64,000 bases of DNA from assembly GCA_965198225.1 (NCBI GenBank), contig CBDAOY010000006.1, forward strand, positions 736,001 to 800,000, read 5' to 3'. This DNA comes from Terriglobia bacterium. Lineage in GTDB: Bacteria; Acidobacteriota; Terriglobia; 20CM-2-55-15. Shown here piece by piece: positions 9,902 through 20,156 of the stretch. Position 1 is the first letter of the stretch. Each line of letters starts with the position of its first letter. Both the position numbers and the translations under genes were made by a program. The notes under the pieces were generated by a model. It was not told the DNA's origin, made no database searches, and was given only the letters and a program-made list of their open reading frames with translations.

Positions 9902-10288
9902 CTAGTCAGTCTCGCCCGACGATTCCGGTGCTTGCATGAGTTCGATCCGATTCCCGAACGGGTCGGCGATGTGACCCCGTGGGCGTCCGTCCAGGGGTTG
10001 GGCCGCCGCGAACTCCACTCCTGACTCGCTCAGGTTGGAGAGGGCCTCGTCGAAGTTCTCGACCAGCAGGGCGGGATGCGCCTTTCGGGCTGGTCGAAAC
10101 CCCGGTTCGACGCCCACGTGGATTCGGATTCCATCGCTCTCGAACCAGGCGCCTCCCTTATTGGCCGATGCCGGCGGTTTGGGCACTTCAGGCAGACCCA
10201 GCAGACCGGAATAGAACGCCCGGGCCTCTTCCTCCCTCCCCGGGGGCATCGCCAGTTGGACGTGATGAATGCCGACTACCCTAACCAC
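9902..10288 (-). CDS. VOC/glyoxalase family protein
   Basis: IHHVQLAMPPGREEEARAFYSGLLGL..AHPAL..DPFGNRIEL. The GTG start overlaps the alr stop; the longer ORF start lies inside alr. Confidence 0.88.
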   Translation of the reverse strand: MVRVVGIHHVQLAMPPGREEEARAFYSGLLGLPEVPKPPASANKGGAWFESDGIRIHVGVEPGFRPARKAHPALLVENFDEALSNLSESGVEFAAAQPLDGRPRGHIADPFGNRIELMQAPESSGETD

Positions 10289-11417
10289 AGGTGCGTCGCT
10301 CCAGCAGCGGGTTGATTCGCGCGAGGACTTCATACGGGATCGTGCCGATCTTTTCGGCGAGTTCCTCGGCTGTGATTTCGGTGTCACCCTGTCGACCGAG
10401 CAGGACCACTTCGTCATCGAGAGACGGTGCGGCGTCCGTGACATCCAGTATCATCATGTTCATGGCGACACGACCGACGACCGGTACCGCCTTTCCACCA
10501 ACCAGTGCCCGGCCCGCGCTCGATAGTCGGCGGTCGTATCCTTCGTAGTAGCCAACAGGGATGACGGCCAACGTGGTCCCTCGGCCGGCCTGGAACGCCA
10601 GGCCGTACCCCACATATTCACCCGCAGCGATCGTTTTCAACTGTGCGATATTCGCCTTCCAGGTCAGGGCGGGCGACAGGTCCAGTTCCCGTCCGCGTTC
10701 GCGCGCAGCGATGCGGGTCTCGCGCGAGGGCCAGATGCCGTAGGTGCCGATGCCGAGGCGGACCATCGAGAAATGAGTCTCGGGGTAGAGCAGGATGCCG
10801 GCGGTTGCGGCGGCATGAATCTGGGTTGGTCGGATGCCAGCGCCGGCGAGTCCTTCGACTGCCTCGTTGAACCGCCCAAGCTGCATCCGGGCAAAAGAAG
10901 GATCGAGCGTGTCCTCGATGTTGGCAAAGTGGGTGTAAACGCCTTCGACCTCAACATCCGGGAGGGCGGCGACTCCTTCTCCAAAAGAGACAATTTCTGC
11001 CGGGCCGACACCCTGTCGATTCGTTCCGGTCTCGACCTTGACGTGGATCCTCGCCCGTTTACCCGACGCACCGGCGGCGTCGGAAAGCGCATGAGCCAGA
11101 TCCTGTCGGTAGATCACCTGGCGGAAGCCGTGTTCCACGATCGTCCGCGCGTCCGACTCTTTCGAGTGACCCAGGATCAGGATGGGTTTGCCCGGTGCGA
11201 CCTGCTCGACGGCCAGGGCCTCGGCCAGCGAATCGACGCCGAACCAATCGGCTTGATCGATGACGGCTCGGGATGCGGCCTCCAGTCCGTGTCCATAGGC
11301 GTTCGCCTTGACCACCACCATCAGATTCGTGCCCTCGGCCAGGACGCTCCGGAAAGTTTTCAGGTTTTGTCGAAGCCGGTCGCCGCTGACCTCGATCCAC
11401 GAACTGTTCAGACTCAA
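10281..11417 (-). CDS. alr: Alanine racemase
   Basis: VVKANAYGHG PLP-lysine motif, HVKVETG, GYYEG, GRVAM, GTIPYE. Confidence 0.96.
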   Translation of the reverse strand: MSLNSSWIEVSGDRLRQNLKTFRSVLAEGTNLMVVVKANAYGHGLEAASRAVIDQADWFGVDSLAEALAVEQVAPGKPILILGHSKESDARTIVEHGFRQVIYRQDLAHALSDAAGASGKRARIHVKVETGTNRQGVGPAEIVSFGEGVAALPDVEVEGVYTHFANIEDTLDPSFARMQLGRFNEAVEGLAGAGIRPTQIHAAATAGILLYPETHFSMVRLGIGTYGIWPSRETRIAARERGRELDLSPALTWKANIAQLKTIAAGEYVGYGLAFQAGRGTTLAVIPVGYYEGYDRRLSSAGRALVGGKAVPVVGRVAMNMMILDVTDAAPSLDDEVVLLGRQGDTEITAEELAEKIGTIPYEVLARINPLLERRTCG

Positions 11418-11469
11418 ATGACGTTCACCTCGGCTAATTGGGGCCTCAATTATACGGTATGCTTGACCG

Positions 11470-12204
11470 ATGCCAGCCGCCGCTATCGAGTTCGAAGACG
11501 CTTCCTATCTCCTCGATTCCGGTCGCAGCATCATCGACAACCTCAGCCTGTCGGTCGCCCCAGGAGAGACCGTCGTATTGCTCGGACGCAGCGGTTCGGG
11601 CAAGACGACGACGTTGAAGTTGATCAACCGTCTTCTCGAACCATCGGCGGGTCGGGTCCTTGTCGAAGGCGAGTCCACCGACGAATGGGACGCCATTCGA
11701 CTGCGGCGCCACATTGGCTATGTCATCCAGGAAATCGGTCTCTTTCCGCATTTCACGGTTCGGGAAAACGTAGCCCTGGTTCCCTCGCTGGAAGGCTGGT
11801 CACCCGAGAGGATCGGTGAACGCGTTCGCCGGATGCTCGAACTGGTGGGCCTCGATCCGGATGGCTTCGCGAGCCGCTATCCGGACGAATTGTCCGGTGG
11901 TCAGCGCCAGAGAGTCGGCGTTGCGCGGGCTCTGGCCGCCGACCCTTCGATCCTCCTGATGGACGAGCCATTCGGAGCGCTGGATCCGATCACACGAAGC
12001 GAGATCCGGTCCGAGTTCAAGGATCTCCGGCAGCGACTGGGCAAGACCATCGTCTTCGTGACGCACGATGTCGCCGAGGCCTTCGCGCTGGGCGATCGCA
12101 TCGGACTGATGAAACAAGGGAAGCTTGTGGTCCTGGCGGAACCCGAGCGGTTCAGGGAGTTCGACGACCCCGAGGCGCGAGCTTTCCTGGAATCGGCGTC
12201 ATGA
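11470..12204 (+). CDS. Osmoprotectant (OpuC/OsmV-like) ABC transporter ATP-binding subunit
   Basis: GRSGSGKTT, IGYVIQEIGLFPH, LSGGQRQRVG, LLMDEPFGALDP. Confidence 0.93.
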   Translation: MPAAAIEFEDASYLLDSGRSIIDNLSLSVAPGETVVLLGRSGSGKTTTLKLINRLLEPSAGRVLVEGESTDEWDAIRLRRHIGYVIQEIGLFPHFTVRENVALVPSLEGWSPERIGERVRRMLELVGLDPDGFASRYPDELSGGQRQRVGVARALAADPSILLMDEPFGALDPITRSEIRSEFKDLRQRLGKTIVFVTHDVAEAFALGDRIGLMKQGKLVVLAEPERFREFDDPEARAFLESAS

Positions 12205-12860
12205 GCGTCGTCCAGTACATGCTCCAGAACCGTGCCGAGGTGTTCCAATTGACGCTGGAACACATCGTGTTGGTCGGCGCTTCGACCTTGCTGGCAGTGT
12301 TGATCGGCCTTCCCCTCGGCGTTTTGATGACCCGTCGGGAAGGACTGAGTCGCCCTATCCTGACGTTTGCGAACGTGATGCAGACCGTACCGAGTCTCGC
12401 CCTGTTCGGGTTCCTGATCCCGATTCCCTTCATAGGCGGCATCGGTGCGCGGACTGCCATCGTCGCGCTGATTCTGTACTCGCTTCTGCCGATCATCCGG
12501 AACACTTACACGGGAATCACCCATGTCGACCCGGCTGTCCGTGAAGCCGCTATTGGCATGGGTATGACCGATTGGCAGTTGTTGAGGCAGGTCGAGCTTC
12601 CTCTGGCGATGGGCGTGATCTTCGCCGGTATTCGAGTCGCCACAGTGATCGCTGTTGGTCTGGCGACGATCGCGGCGGCGATTGGTGCCGGGGGGCTCGG
12701 GATGTATATCTTCCGTGGCGTGTCCATGGTGGATTCCAGGGTCATCCTGGCCGGCGCCATCCCCGCGGCGACGATGGCGCTGGTCGCCGATTTCGCGCTC
12801 GGCCGGGTGGAGCACAAGTTGAGCCGGCGGACGAAACACGATCGCGGGGGTGAGAGCTGA
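12201..12860 (+). CDS. Osmoprotectant ABC transporter permease
   Basis: QTVPSLAL, EAAIGMGM, VELPLA, IGAGGLG. Confidence 0.93.
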   Translation: MSVVQYMLQNRAEVFQLTLEHIVLVGASTLLAVLIGLPLGVLMTRREGLSRPILTFANVMQTVPSLALFGFLIPIPFIGGIGARTAIVALILYSLLPIIRNTYTGITHVDPAVREAAIGMGMTDWQLLRQVELPLAMGVIFAGIRVATVIAVGLATIAAAIGAGGLGMYIFRGVSMVDSRVILAGAIPAATMALVADFALGRVEHKLSRRTKHDRGGES

Positions 12861-13750
12861 TGCGACCGAGGGGGCATGTCGCCGGAGCCGTGATTCTCGC
12901 GTTGGCGCTGAATGTGCTGTCCGCAGGATGTTCCAGAGAGAACAGGATCGTGATCGGGTCGAAGAACTTCACCGAGCAGATCATTCTGGGTGAGCTGATC
13001 GCGCAGCATCTGGAAAGGCACACCGATCTCGAGGTGGATCGGCGTCTGAACCTGGGGGGCACTTTCGTCTGCCACGAGGGGATGATCGCCGGACAACTCG
13101 ACATTTATGTGGAATACACCGGGACCGCCCAGGCGGCGATTCTGAAAGAACCGCCGTCCAATGACCCGGAGGCGGTGCTCGCTGCGGTCCGGTCCGCCTA
13201 TCTTGATCAGTTCGGAGTCGAGTGGACCGAGCCGCTGGGCTTTAACAACACCTTCGCCATCATCGTACGCGGCGACGACGCCAGCGATCTCGGACTCGCA
13301 ACAATCTCCGACGCGGCGCCGCACACCGCCGACTGGAGTGCGGGCTTCGGCTATGAATTCATCGAGCGTGAGGACGGGTATCCGGGTCTGAGGGAAACCT
13401 ATGGTTTGCAGTTTCCGACCGCGCCGCGCGTGATGGACCTGGGCCTGACCTACCGCGCTGTAGCGGACGGCGACATCGACCTGATCGCCGGCAATTCCAC
13501 AGACGGACTGATCGATGCCCTCGGCCTGGTCATACTCGAAGACAATCTGCGATACTTCCCTCCCTACGACGCCGTTCCGCTCATCCGAACCGAAGTTGCC
13601 GAAGCCCACCCGGAAGTCCGAGAGGCCTTGAGAATTCTGGATGGACAGATCACCGAATCCGACATGCGCCGGATGAATTACCGCGTGGACGGAGAACGTG
13701 AAGACGTAAAGGTTGTCGTGCGGGAGTTTTTGGAAACTAAGGGCCTATAA
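12860..13750 (+). CDS. Glycine betaine/choline ABC substrate-binding lipoprotein
   Basis: Lipobox LSAGC, IGSKNFTEQ, YVEYTGT, LGFNNTF, REDGYPGL, FPPYDA. Confidence 0.93.
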   Translation: MRPRGHVAGAVILALALNVLSAGCSRENRIVIGSKNFTEQIILGELIAQHLERHTDLEVDRRLNLGGTFVCHEGMIAGQLDIYVEYTGTAQAAILKEPPSNDPEAVLAAVRSAYLDQFGVEWTEPLGFNNTFAIIVRGDDASDLGLATISDAAPHTADWSAGFGYEFIEREDGYPGLRETYGLQFPTAPRVMDLGLTYRAVADGDIDLIAGNSTDGLIDALGLVILEDNLRYFPPYDAVPLIRTEVAEAHPEVREALRILDGQITESDMRRMNYRVDGEREDVKVVVREFLETKGL

Positions 13751-13758
13751 CGGGGGGG

Positions 13759-14049
13759 GTGTAGGTGCGGTCTATGAGCGCACATTCTAATCGATCGAGG
13801 GGGGTGGCTGGGACCTCGTCCGACAGCTATTGCAGATTGGTCATTGGACGATTCCGCATTGGAAATTTGGAGATTGCAAATTGCTCGATTTCTTATTGGT
13901 CGGAAATCTGAAATGAAACAATTTCCAATGAGCAACCTGCAATGTGGATTCTTTCAAATATCGCAATTTGCGATAGGTGTAGGTGCGGTTTAAGACCGCA
14001 CATCTTCGCTCGTCCGCGGATTTTGTGCGCTCATAGAGCGCACCTACAC
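13759..14049. repeat. GTAG-type REP (13759-13783) and REP doublet (13977-14049) flanking an AT-rich heptamer-repeat patch
   Basis: GTGTAGGTGCG(G/C)TCTATGA(G/C)CGCAC arm and inverted arm GTGCG..CATAGA..GCACCTACAC. Confidence 0.85.
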
Positions 14050-14142
14050 GCTCTATAACTTTTCTGCTTAGTCAAGACCCGGGGACAGGGCCAGGCCCCG
14101 GTCCCCCTCACAGTGGCTCTCTCGCGGCTCGTGGAGTGTGTC

Positions 14143-15414
14143 CTAAAATTGGCCCACAACGTCCCTGATCGCCACAACCGCAAAGAAGACCAGGACCAGA
14201 ACCAATACGACGTTGGCGCCCCAACCGTTCTTTTGGAGGGGGGAATCCCACTGAATCTTGTTGTTGAGATAGAGCAGCGTTATCGCCAGGAACGGGATGA
14301 AGAAACTGCCGACGATGGTGTATGTCACCAGCAGGAAGAGCGGCCGCCCGATGAAGGCGAGGGGTATCGGTACGAACGTGATGAACAGAAGCGCGATCCG
14401 GTACGGTTTGCTCGTAACCTGGGTGATTTCGTCACGGCGTTCGCGCGAGAACTTTTTGATGATCCCGTAGAAATCCGCAAACATGTAGGGGACGCCCTGC
14501 CAGACTCCCAACAGGGATGAGAACACCGCTCCCCAGAAGCCGATCGAGTACGCAAACGACCCCAGCGGTCCGATGGTCTGACCGAGCATCTCCGCCATCT
14601 GGGGGACGACCGTGGAGCTGTTGAGCTCGACTCCGGTCACGAAGAATGCCTGGTTGGCCAGCAAGAGGACGGCAATCGCAAGGATCGCCGTGACGAAGTA
14701 AGCGACGAACAGATCGATCCGGACGTATTTAAGGAAGGCCGGGCCGCTCATCCGTTTTTCGTGCATCCAGTAGTTGTAGTTCAGGATCGTGATCGTTCCC
14801 CCCACGCCACCGATAAGCGCGAACAGTGAACCCGTACTACCGGCCGGTATCGTCGGGATAAACAGTCCGCTCAGGGTCCCCCCGATGTCGCTGAACGTCA
14901 GGGCCGCGCAGGCCACGATGCTGACTACCATCAGGGCGATCAGCACCTGCATGACTTTCTCGAAACCTTTGAAACCACCGATCCAGACGAACACACACCC
15001 GATCAGACTGTGGAGGACCGCACCCCAGGCCGTCGGAAGCACACCGCCGGTGAGATTTGACATGCCGAGTCCGCATGCGTTCGCCAGTGCCGCGCTGACC
15101 GAGACGGTCCAGAGGACCATGTAAACCCCGAAGTACACTTTGACCCATCCGGGCAGGTACTTTCCCCATCCCTCCATGACTGTCGTGTCGGTTGCCAGCT
15201 GCCACCGGGCGATGCCTTCCGTCAGCACGTATTTGAAGAAGGCACCGATGGCGATCGCCCAGATCAGGACGAGTCCGAAATTTGCGCCACCCACCGTCGC
15301 AGCCGCCAGGTCGCCTGCGCCCACGCCGGTGGCGGCGACCATCAGACCGGGGCCGATCAGTGTCGCCAGGCCGATCTTCGGAAGCGCACCCGTTTTGCCT
15401 TCATCTACGGACAT
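14143..15414 (-). CDS. Nramp family divalent metal/solute transporter
   Basis: GPGLMVAATGVGAGDL, EGIARWQLAT, about 11 hydrophobic segments. Confidence 0.85.
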   Translation of the reverse strand: MSVDEGKTGALPKIGLATLIGPGLMVAATGVGAGDLAAATVGGANFGLVLIWAIAIGAFFKYVLTEGIARWQLATDTTVMEGWGKYLPGWVKVYFGVYMVLWTVSVSAALANACGLGMSNLTGGVLPTAWGAVLHSLIGCVFVWIGGFKGFEKVMQVLIALMVVSIVACAALTFSDIGGTLSGLFIPTIPAGSTGSLFALIGGVGGTITILNYNYWMHEKRMSGPAFLKYVRIDLFVAYFVTAILAIAVLLLANQAFFVTGVELNSSTVVPQMAEMLGQTIGPLGSFAYSIGFWGAVFSSLLGVWQGVPYMFADFYGIIKKFSRERRDEITQVTSKPYRIALLFITFVPIPLAFIGRPLFLLVTYTIVGSFFIPFLAITLLYLNNKIQWDSPLQKNGWGANVVLVLVLVFFAVVAIRDVVGQF

Positions 15415-15621
15415 TTGTCTCTAGTCCTCCTCCGCCGGTCGAGTGGTGGGAAGCTAACAGATATCGTTGGAGGCGAGCAAGGGCTATTAGCGTAGGCCGT
15501 AGGCCGTTGAGGTGTTGCCTCTCGAGGGATTGCTTCTTAACTGGCGACGCATCGGAAGGCGGCCACCTCGCCAGTCAGCAATGCCTCGCCACTCACCAAT
15601 GAGTGTCGGTAAGAGAAACCA

Positions 15622-15676
15622 CAACGGCCTACGGACAACGGCCTACGCGCAACGGCCTACGGACAACGGCCTACGG
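15622..15676. repeat. Four copies of 14-bp CAACGGCCTACGGA, with an inverted copy at 15491-15509
   Basis: Read directly from the sequence. The last unit overlaps the stop codon of 15671..17149. Confidence 0.85.
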
Positions 15677-17149
15677 TTCCTGTTCCCTCTCCGCCTCCGC
15701 CTGCGCGGCTGCCCGGACCTCTGCTATCGGAACAATCCGTCCATGAATGGGCATCACCCGGTCCACACGCAGTCCGAGGTTCTCGATGTTTGCAAGCAAG
15801 TTGGCTACGAAGGGAAATCGCGGCAGGGTGACGGCGTTCGGTGCGGCCGGCGTGAAGACGTCGGCGAAAGTCAGGATGCGCTGCCCGGGAAAATAAACCA
15901 TCAGCAGTGTGCCGGCATGACGGCTTTCCTCGATCGGATACAACTCGATCGCTCGAGTGCCGTCCTCCAGGACATGCCTCCCGCTGATCGTCTCCAGCAT
16001 CAGTGGTTTCGGATTCCGCTGCAGCACATCCGGTGACAACCGGTGGGATCGTGTAGCGATGTCCTCAAACAGTGCGCGGTTCCGCTCGTGCGTGATGATC
16101 GTCAGCCCTTCCGAGATTGCCGCGCGGATTCCCCCCGAATGATCAAAATGGTGGTGGGTGTTTATGACGTGTGTCAGGGGCTTGTCTGGATTCAGCTGCC
16201 GCGCTCGTTCGATCACCGCCAGTGTCCTCGTATCGTTCTGAGGGGCCTCGATCAACACCAGGTGATCCGAGAGCTCGGCCACGACGCTGTGATGGGACTG
16301 TCCCGTCAAATACCAGATCCCGCGCGCGACCTCCTCCACCTCGACCGTTGCCCGCGGGGCCGGCACCGTTGCCGACTTTACGGAATCGGGCGAGGAGAGG
16401 TCGCCGGTGTCACTGTTCAGACTGTTTGTCAGTGTCAACTCCGCAACCATAAACCGGTCCACCATCTGCGTGAACCGTGTCGGGAGCAGGAGGCCGTCGA
16501 CCGGGTCGTAGTCCGCGAACGCCATTTCCGCGATCACATCGCCCAGGGCCGCGTGGTAGATCGTCGTCTGGATCTGCGCAGGCAATTTGGTCTGAGCGTC
16601 GACGTAGAGAGTGAACTCGCCGTCACTTGCGATGATGTCGAGGCTCTCGAACTCTCCCACCGAACGCTTGTTCAGAACCTGGCTTGCGGGATCGAGTGCG
16701 GCGCGCAGGAGCCCGATCGGGTGCATGCTGTTGAGTTGGGTCCTCCTCAAGCGACCCTCCATTTCCGACATGCGCTGGAGGCTTCCGTTTGCCGTGACGT
16801 TGAAGGCCACGCCGTTGTCCAGACCGAGAGTCTGGATGCGAGGATTCGTGTTGCCGGTCAGGTAGCGTGGTTCGCGGGTCCAGCGCAGCTGCCAGCGTCC
16901 GTTCGCGAAATCAATCGCCCTCCGGTACTCCGTGACCTCGAACATCGGGAGCTCACCATCCGGATTCGCATTCTGTCCGAGGTTGTAGCTGGATCCGCCT
17001 CCTTCGAGCACCAGGGTGTTCGCGCCACGGATTGCTTCTTCGCCCCCAACGGCCGTGACCACTTCATCGAGAAGCGCCATTTCAGGATTGGACGCAGAGC
17101 AACCCGCCAGAGCGGCGGCTATGATTGTCACGAGGAGTCGGGGTCTCAT
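15671..17149 (-). CDS. MBL-fold metallo-hydrolase lipoprotein
   Basis: Lipobox LAGC, LIEAP, NTHHHFDHSGG, C-terminal PIHG. Confidence 0.9.
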   Translation of the reverse strand: MRPRLLVTIIAAALAGCSASNPEMALLDEVVTAVGGEEAIRGANTLVLEGGGSSYNLGQNANPDGELPMFEVTEYRRAIDFANGRWQLRWTREPRYLTGNTNPRIQTLGLDNGVAFNVTANGSLQRMSEMEGRLRRTQLNSMHPIGLLRAALDPASQVLNKRSVGEFESLDIIASDGEFTLYVDAQTKLPAQIQTTIYHAALGDVIAEMAFADYDPVDGLLLPTRFTQMVDRFMVAELTLTNSLNSDTGDLSSPDSVKSATVPAPRATVEVEEVARGIWYLTGQSHHSVVAELSDHLVLIEAPQNDTRTLAVIERARQLNPDKPLTHVINTHHHFDHSGGIRAAISEGLTIITHERNRALFEDIATRSHRLSPDVLQRNPKPLMLETISGRHVLEDGTRAIELYPIEESRHAGTLLMVYFPGQRILTFADVFTPAAPNAVTLPRFPFVANLLANIENLGLRVDRVMPIHGRIVPIAEVRAAAQAEAEREQEP

Positions 17150-17260
17150 TGGACTCTCTTGCAGTGTCTGGCCCCCGGCGCGCCGGCGACCCGGAGCCGG
17201 GAAAACATCGCTGCGTATGCTAGCATGACAGGCTCCAGCAACCCGAACCCACGTTTATTG

Positions 17261-19930
17261 ATGACCATCCGTACCGAAATCAGCGGTTCCGCTGCCGAGC
17301 AACTGTCCGACACCTGGTTTCTGGAGCGCATCGCCGAGTGGGCCACAGCCGAGCCCGACAGGTTCGCCTTTGCCGTCGATCACGCCGACACGGTCGAAGA
17401 GTACACCTACGCCGACGTGATGGAGAAATCCGGCCGTATAGCGGCGGCGCTCCATGCCAGCGGCGTCCGGCCCGGAGACCGGGTCGGTATCGAGATGGAC
17501 AACAGTCCCCACTGGGTCTTCATCCTGCTGGGGGCGCTCCGCCTTGGCGGGGTAGGCGTTCCGCTTTCGGTGCTTCTTCCGGCATCTTCGATACGCCGGC
17601 TAGTCGATCACTCCGAATGCAGGCTCGTGTTTGCAGACGAATCCAACATCGAGACGGCCCTGGAGGCTTGCGACACACAGAAAGTGATCGGTGTCGGGAG
17701 CGCCGAGGGCGGCATCGGATGGGACGAATTTCTCCGACGAGGCGAGGGGGCGGACTGGGAACAGAGGGTATCTCCCGACGGAACCGCAGTTCTGATGTAT
17801 ACGTCGGGAACGACGGGCGACCCGAAAGGGGTGCGGATTTCGGCCCGTGGGCTGTCTCATGACATCCGCGGCTTGATCGAACTCCTGGAACTGACCCCCG
17901 GCCACCGGATTCTGTCGGTCCTGCCCTTTTCCCATGTCCTGCCGCTGGTAGCCAACGGGCTGGGTTCGCTGGCGTCGGGCGCTGGAGTGGTCTTCCTGTC
18001 CGTCATATCTCCGCAGGCCATCGTCGACGCATTCAAGCGCCAACGGATCAGTTTCTTTGTGTGTGTCCCACAGTTTTTCTATGCCGTGCACAAGCGAGTC
18101 TTCGCCCAGGTCGCGGAGCAGCCTTGGGTCGCCCGGAAGCTGTTCGGCCTCCTGTTCGGCTTCTCCCGCAGGATCAAGAACCAGCAGCTCAGCCGCAAAC
18201 TCTTCTCGCGAATCCACAAGGGGATCGGGCCCGACCTGACGTTGTTGATAACCGGCGGATCCCGCTTCGAGCCGCGTATTGCCAGGGATTTCCAGACGCT
18301 CGGCTACACGATGGTCCAGGCATATGGATTGACCGAGACCACCGCCGCCGCGACCGCGACGCCGGTCAGCAACAATACGGTCGGAACCGTGGGTTTGCCG
18401 GTCCGGGGCGTTTCGATACGGATCGATCGGCCGAACGAGGAAGGCATCGGCGAGGTCTGCATTGCTGGCGACATCCTGATGCAAGGCTACTATCTCAATG
18501 AAGCAGCGACTGAGGAGGCGATCCGTGACGGCTGGCTTCATACCGGGGACCTGGGCCGCCTCGATTCCGGCGGCAACCTGATGATCACGGGCCGCAGTAA
18601 GGACGTGATCGTGCTGTCGAGCGGCAAGAACATCTACCCCGAGGAGGTCGAGGAGCATTACGAAAAGTGTCCGTTCGTCAAGGAAATGTGCGTGATGGCG
18701 ATGCCCGAGGCATCCGGTCCGGGTGACACACTCCACGCCGTCGTCGTTCCCGATCTGGAGGAGTTCCGCAAGCGAAACCAGACCGCGATCGCCGAGATGA
18801 TCCGCTACGAGTTGGACAACAGGTCGAAGCAACTGGCTTCGTTCATGCGCGTGCACTCCCTGACGGTGCGGAACGAACCCCTGCCGCGGACCGTCACTCG
18901 GAAACTCAAGCGGTTCGAGATTTACGAGGAGGAGGTGAGGGGTTCCGAGACTGCGGATGCGGCCGTACAAACCGAGGACCATCCCAGGCTCCGCGAAGGC
19001 GTCGGTGCGGTCGTGGCAGAGGTCATTCACGAGGCCAAACCCGATCTGGGCGGCCTGCAGCCGGACATGAACTTCGAGCTCGACATGGGCTTTGATTCCC
19101 TCGGTAGAGTCGAACTGCTGGGCGACATCGAAGCACGACTCGACCTCGAGGTGGACGAAGAAAAGGCCAATCAGATCTTTACTCTCGAGGAATTACTCCA
19201 GGTCCTGGACCAGGCTGCAGGGACAGAGAGTTCCCAGCCCCGGAGTTGGAAAGAAAAGCTGACCGAGGACGGAGACGACGAACTTGCCTCACGGTTCATC
19301 CGTGAATCTCGTAAGAGCCTGATTTTATTCGGGTTTCCGACGATCCGACTGCTGGGCTCTATCGCGAAGATTCCGTTCCGGACGAAGGTCCGGGGACTGG
19401 AGAAGCTTCCGCGTCAAGGTCCCTACCTGATATGCCCGAACCATGTTTCTTACCTCGATCCCTTCCTGGTTTGCTCGGTACTGCCGTTTCGAGTGATCCG
19501 GGACATCTTTATCCTCGGCTACACCGACTACTTCGACGGTGCCGTGATGGGTTGGCTCGGGAGCACCGTCAACATCGTGCCGGTCGATCCGAACTCGAAC
19601 CTGACCCGCGCGATGCGGATCGCAGCGGTGGGCCTGCGGAAGCGGCGAATCCTGCTCGTCTTTCCCGAAGGAGAAAGGAGCATCGACGGCAACCTGACCG
19701 AATTCAAGAAGGGATCGGCGATCCTGTCGATCGAGTTGGGCGCCCCGCTCGTACCGATCGGGATGAGAGGTACCTTCGAAGCGTGGCCGCGGGGTGGGAG
19801 CTTGCGCCCCCATCCGGTCGAAATCGTGATCGGCGATCCGATCCTTCCGGACGCTTTCACCGAAGCGCCCGACCCCTATGAGGCGATCAATGACGCTCTG
19901 CGCGAAGCGGTCGCAGGCCTGCTGGAGTGA
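17261..19930 (+). CDS. Acyl-adenylating enzyme-ACP-acyltransferase (PlsC) fusion
   Basis: YTSGTTGDPKG, YGLTET, TGDLG, GKNIYPEEVE; carrier motif GFDSL; NHVSYLD and FPEGERS. Start is ATG 17261 or 17225. Confidence 0.9.
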   Translation: MTIRTEISGSAAEQLSDTWFLERIAEWATAEPDRFAFAVDHADTVEEYTYADVMEKSGRIAAALHASGVRPGDRVGIEMDNSPHWVFILLGALRLGGVGVPLSVLLPASSIRRLVDHSECRLVFADESNIETALEACDTQKVIGVGSAEGGIGWDEFLRRGEGADWEQRVSPDGTAVLMYTSGTTGDPKGVRISARGLSHDIRGLIELLELTPGHRILSVLPFSHVLPLVANGLGSLASGAGVVFLSVISPQAIVDAFKRQRISFFVCVPQFFYAVHKRVFAQVAEQPWVARKLFGLLFGFSRRIKNQQLSRKLFSRIHKGIGPDLTLLITGGSRFEPRIARDFQTLGYTMVQAYGLTETTAAATATPVSNNTVGTVGLPVRGVSIRIDRPNEEGIGEVCIAGDILMQGYYLNEAATEEAIRDGWLHTGDLGRLDSGGNLMITGRSKDVIVLSSGKNIYPEEVEEHYEKCPFVKEMCVMAMPEASGPGDTLHAVVVPDLEEFRKRNQTAIAEMIRYELDNRSKQLASFMRVHSLTVRNEPLPRTVTRKLKRFEIYEEEVRGSETADAAVQTEDHPRLREGVGAVVAEVIHEAKPDLGGLQPDMNFELDMGFDSLGRVELLGDIEARLDLEVDEEKANQIFTLEELLQVLDQAAGTESSQPRSWKEKLTEDGDDELASRFIRESRKSLILFGFPTIRLLGSIAKIPFRTKVRGLEKLPRQGPYLICPNHVSYLDPFLVCSVLPFRVIRDIFILGYTDYFDGAVMGWLGSTVNIVPVDPNSNLTRAMRIAAVGLRKRRILLVFPEGERSIDGNLTEFKKGSAILSIELGAPLVPIGMRGTFEAWPRGGSLRPHPVEIVIGDPILPDAFTEAPDPYEAINDALREAVAGLLE

Positions 19931-20156
19931 GGCGGCAGCGCGGGCTGGGCGCCGTCACCGGCCCCCGGGTTCCGGGTGGGGATGCGACATAAGGTTGCGC
20001 TCCAGCGCTCCCAAGTTATAATTGATAGCGACTCCACCATCCATTTTCCTTGGAGTAGTGCCCCTTTGGTGACCCTCTCATCCCTTTTGATGAACCCTGG
20101 TGGTCTTATGCTGGCCGCGTCTGCCGTGCGTTGCCACGATCGGCCCGGAGGAGATC

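Noticed and set aside
16043-17224. N-terminal ~400 aa of the 1295-aa ORF
   Set aside because: Antisense shadow of the MBL gene 15671..17149. Recognisable domains begin near 17261.
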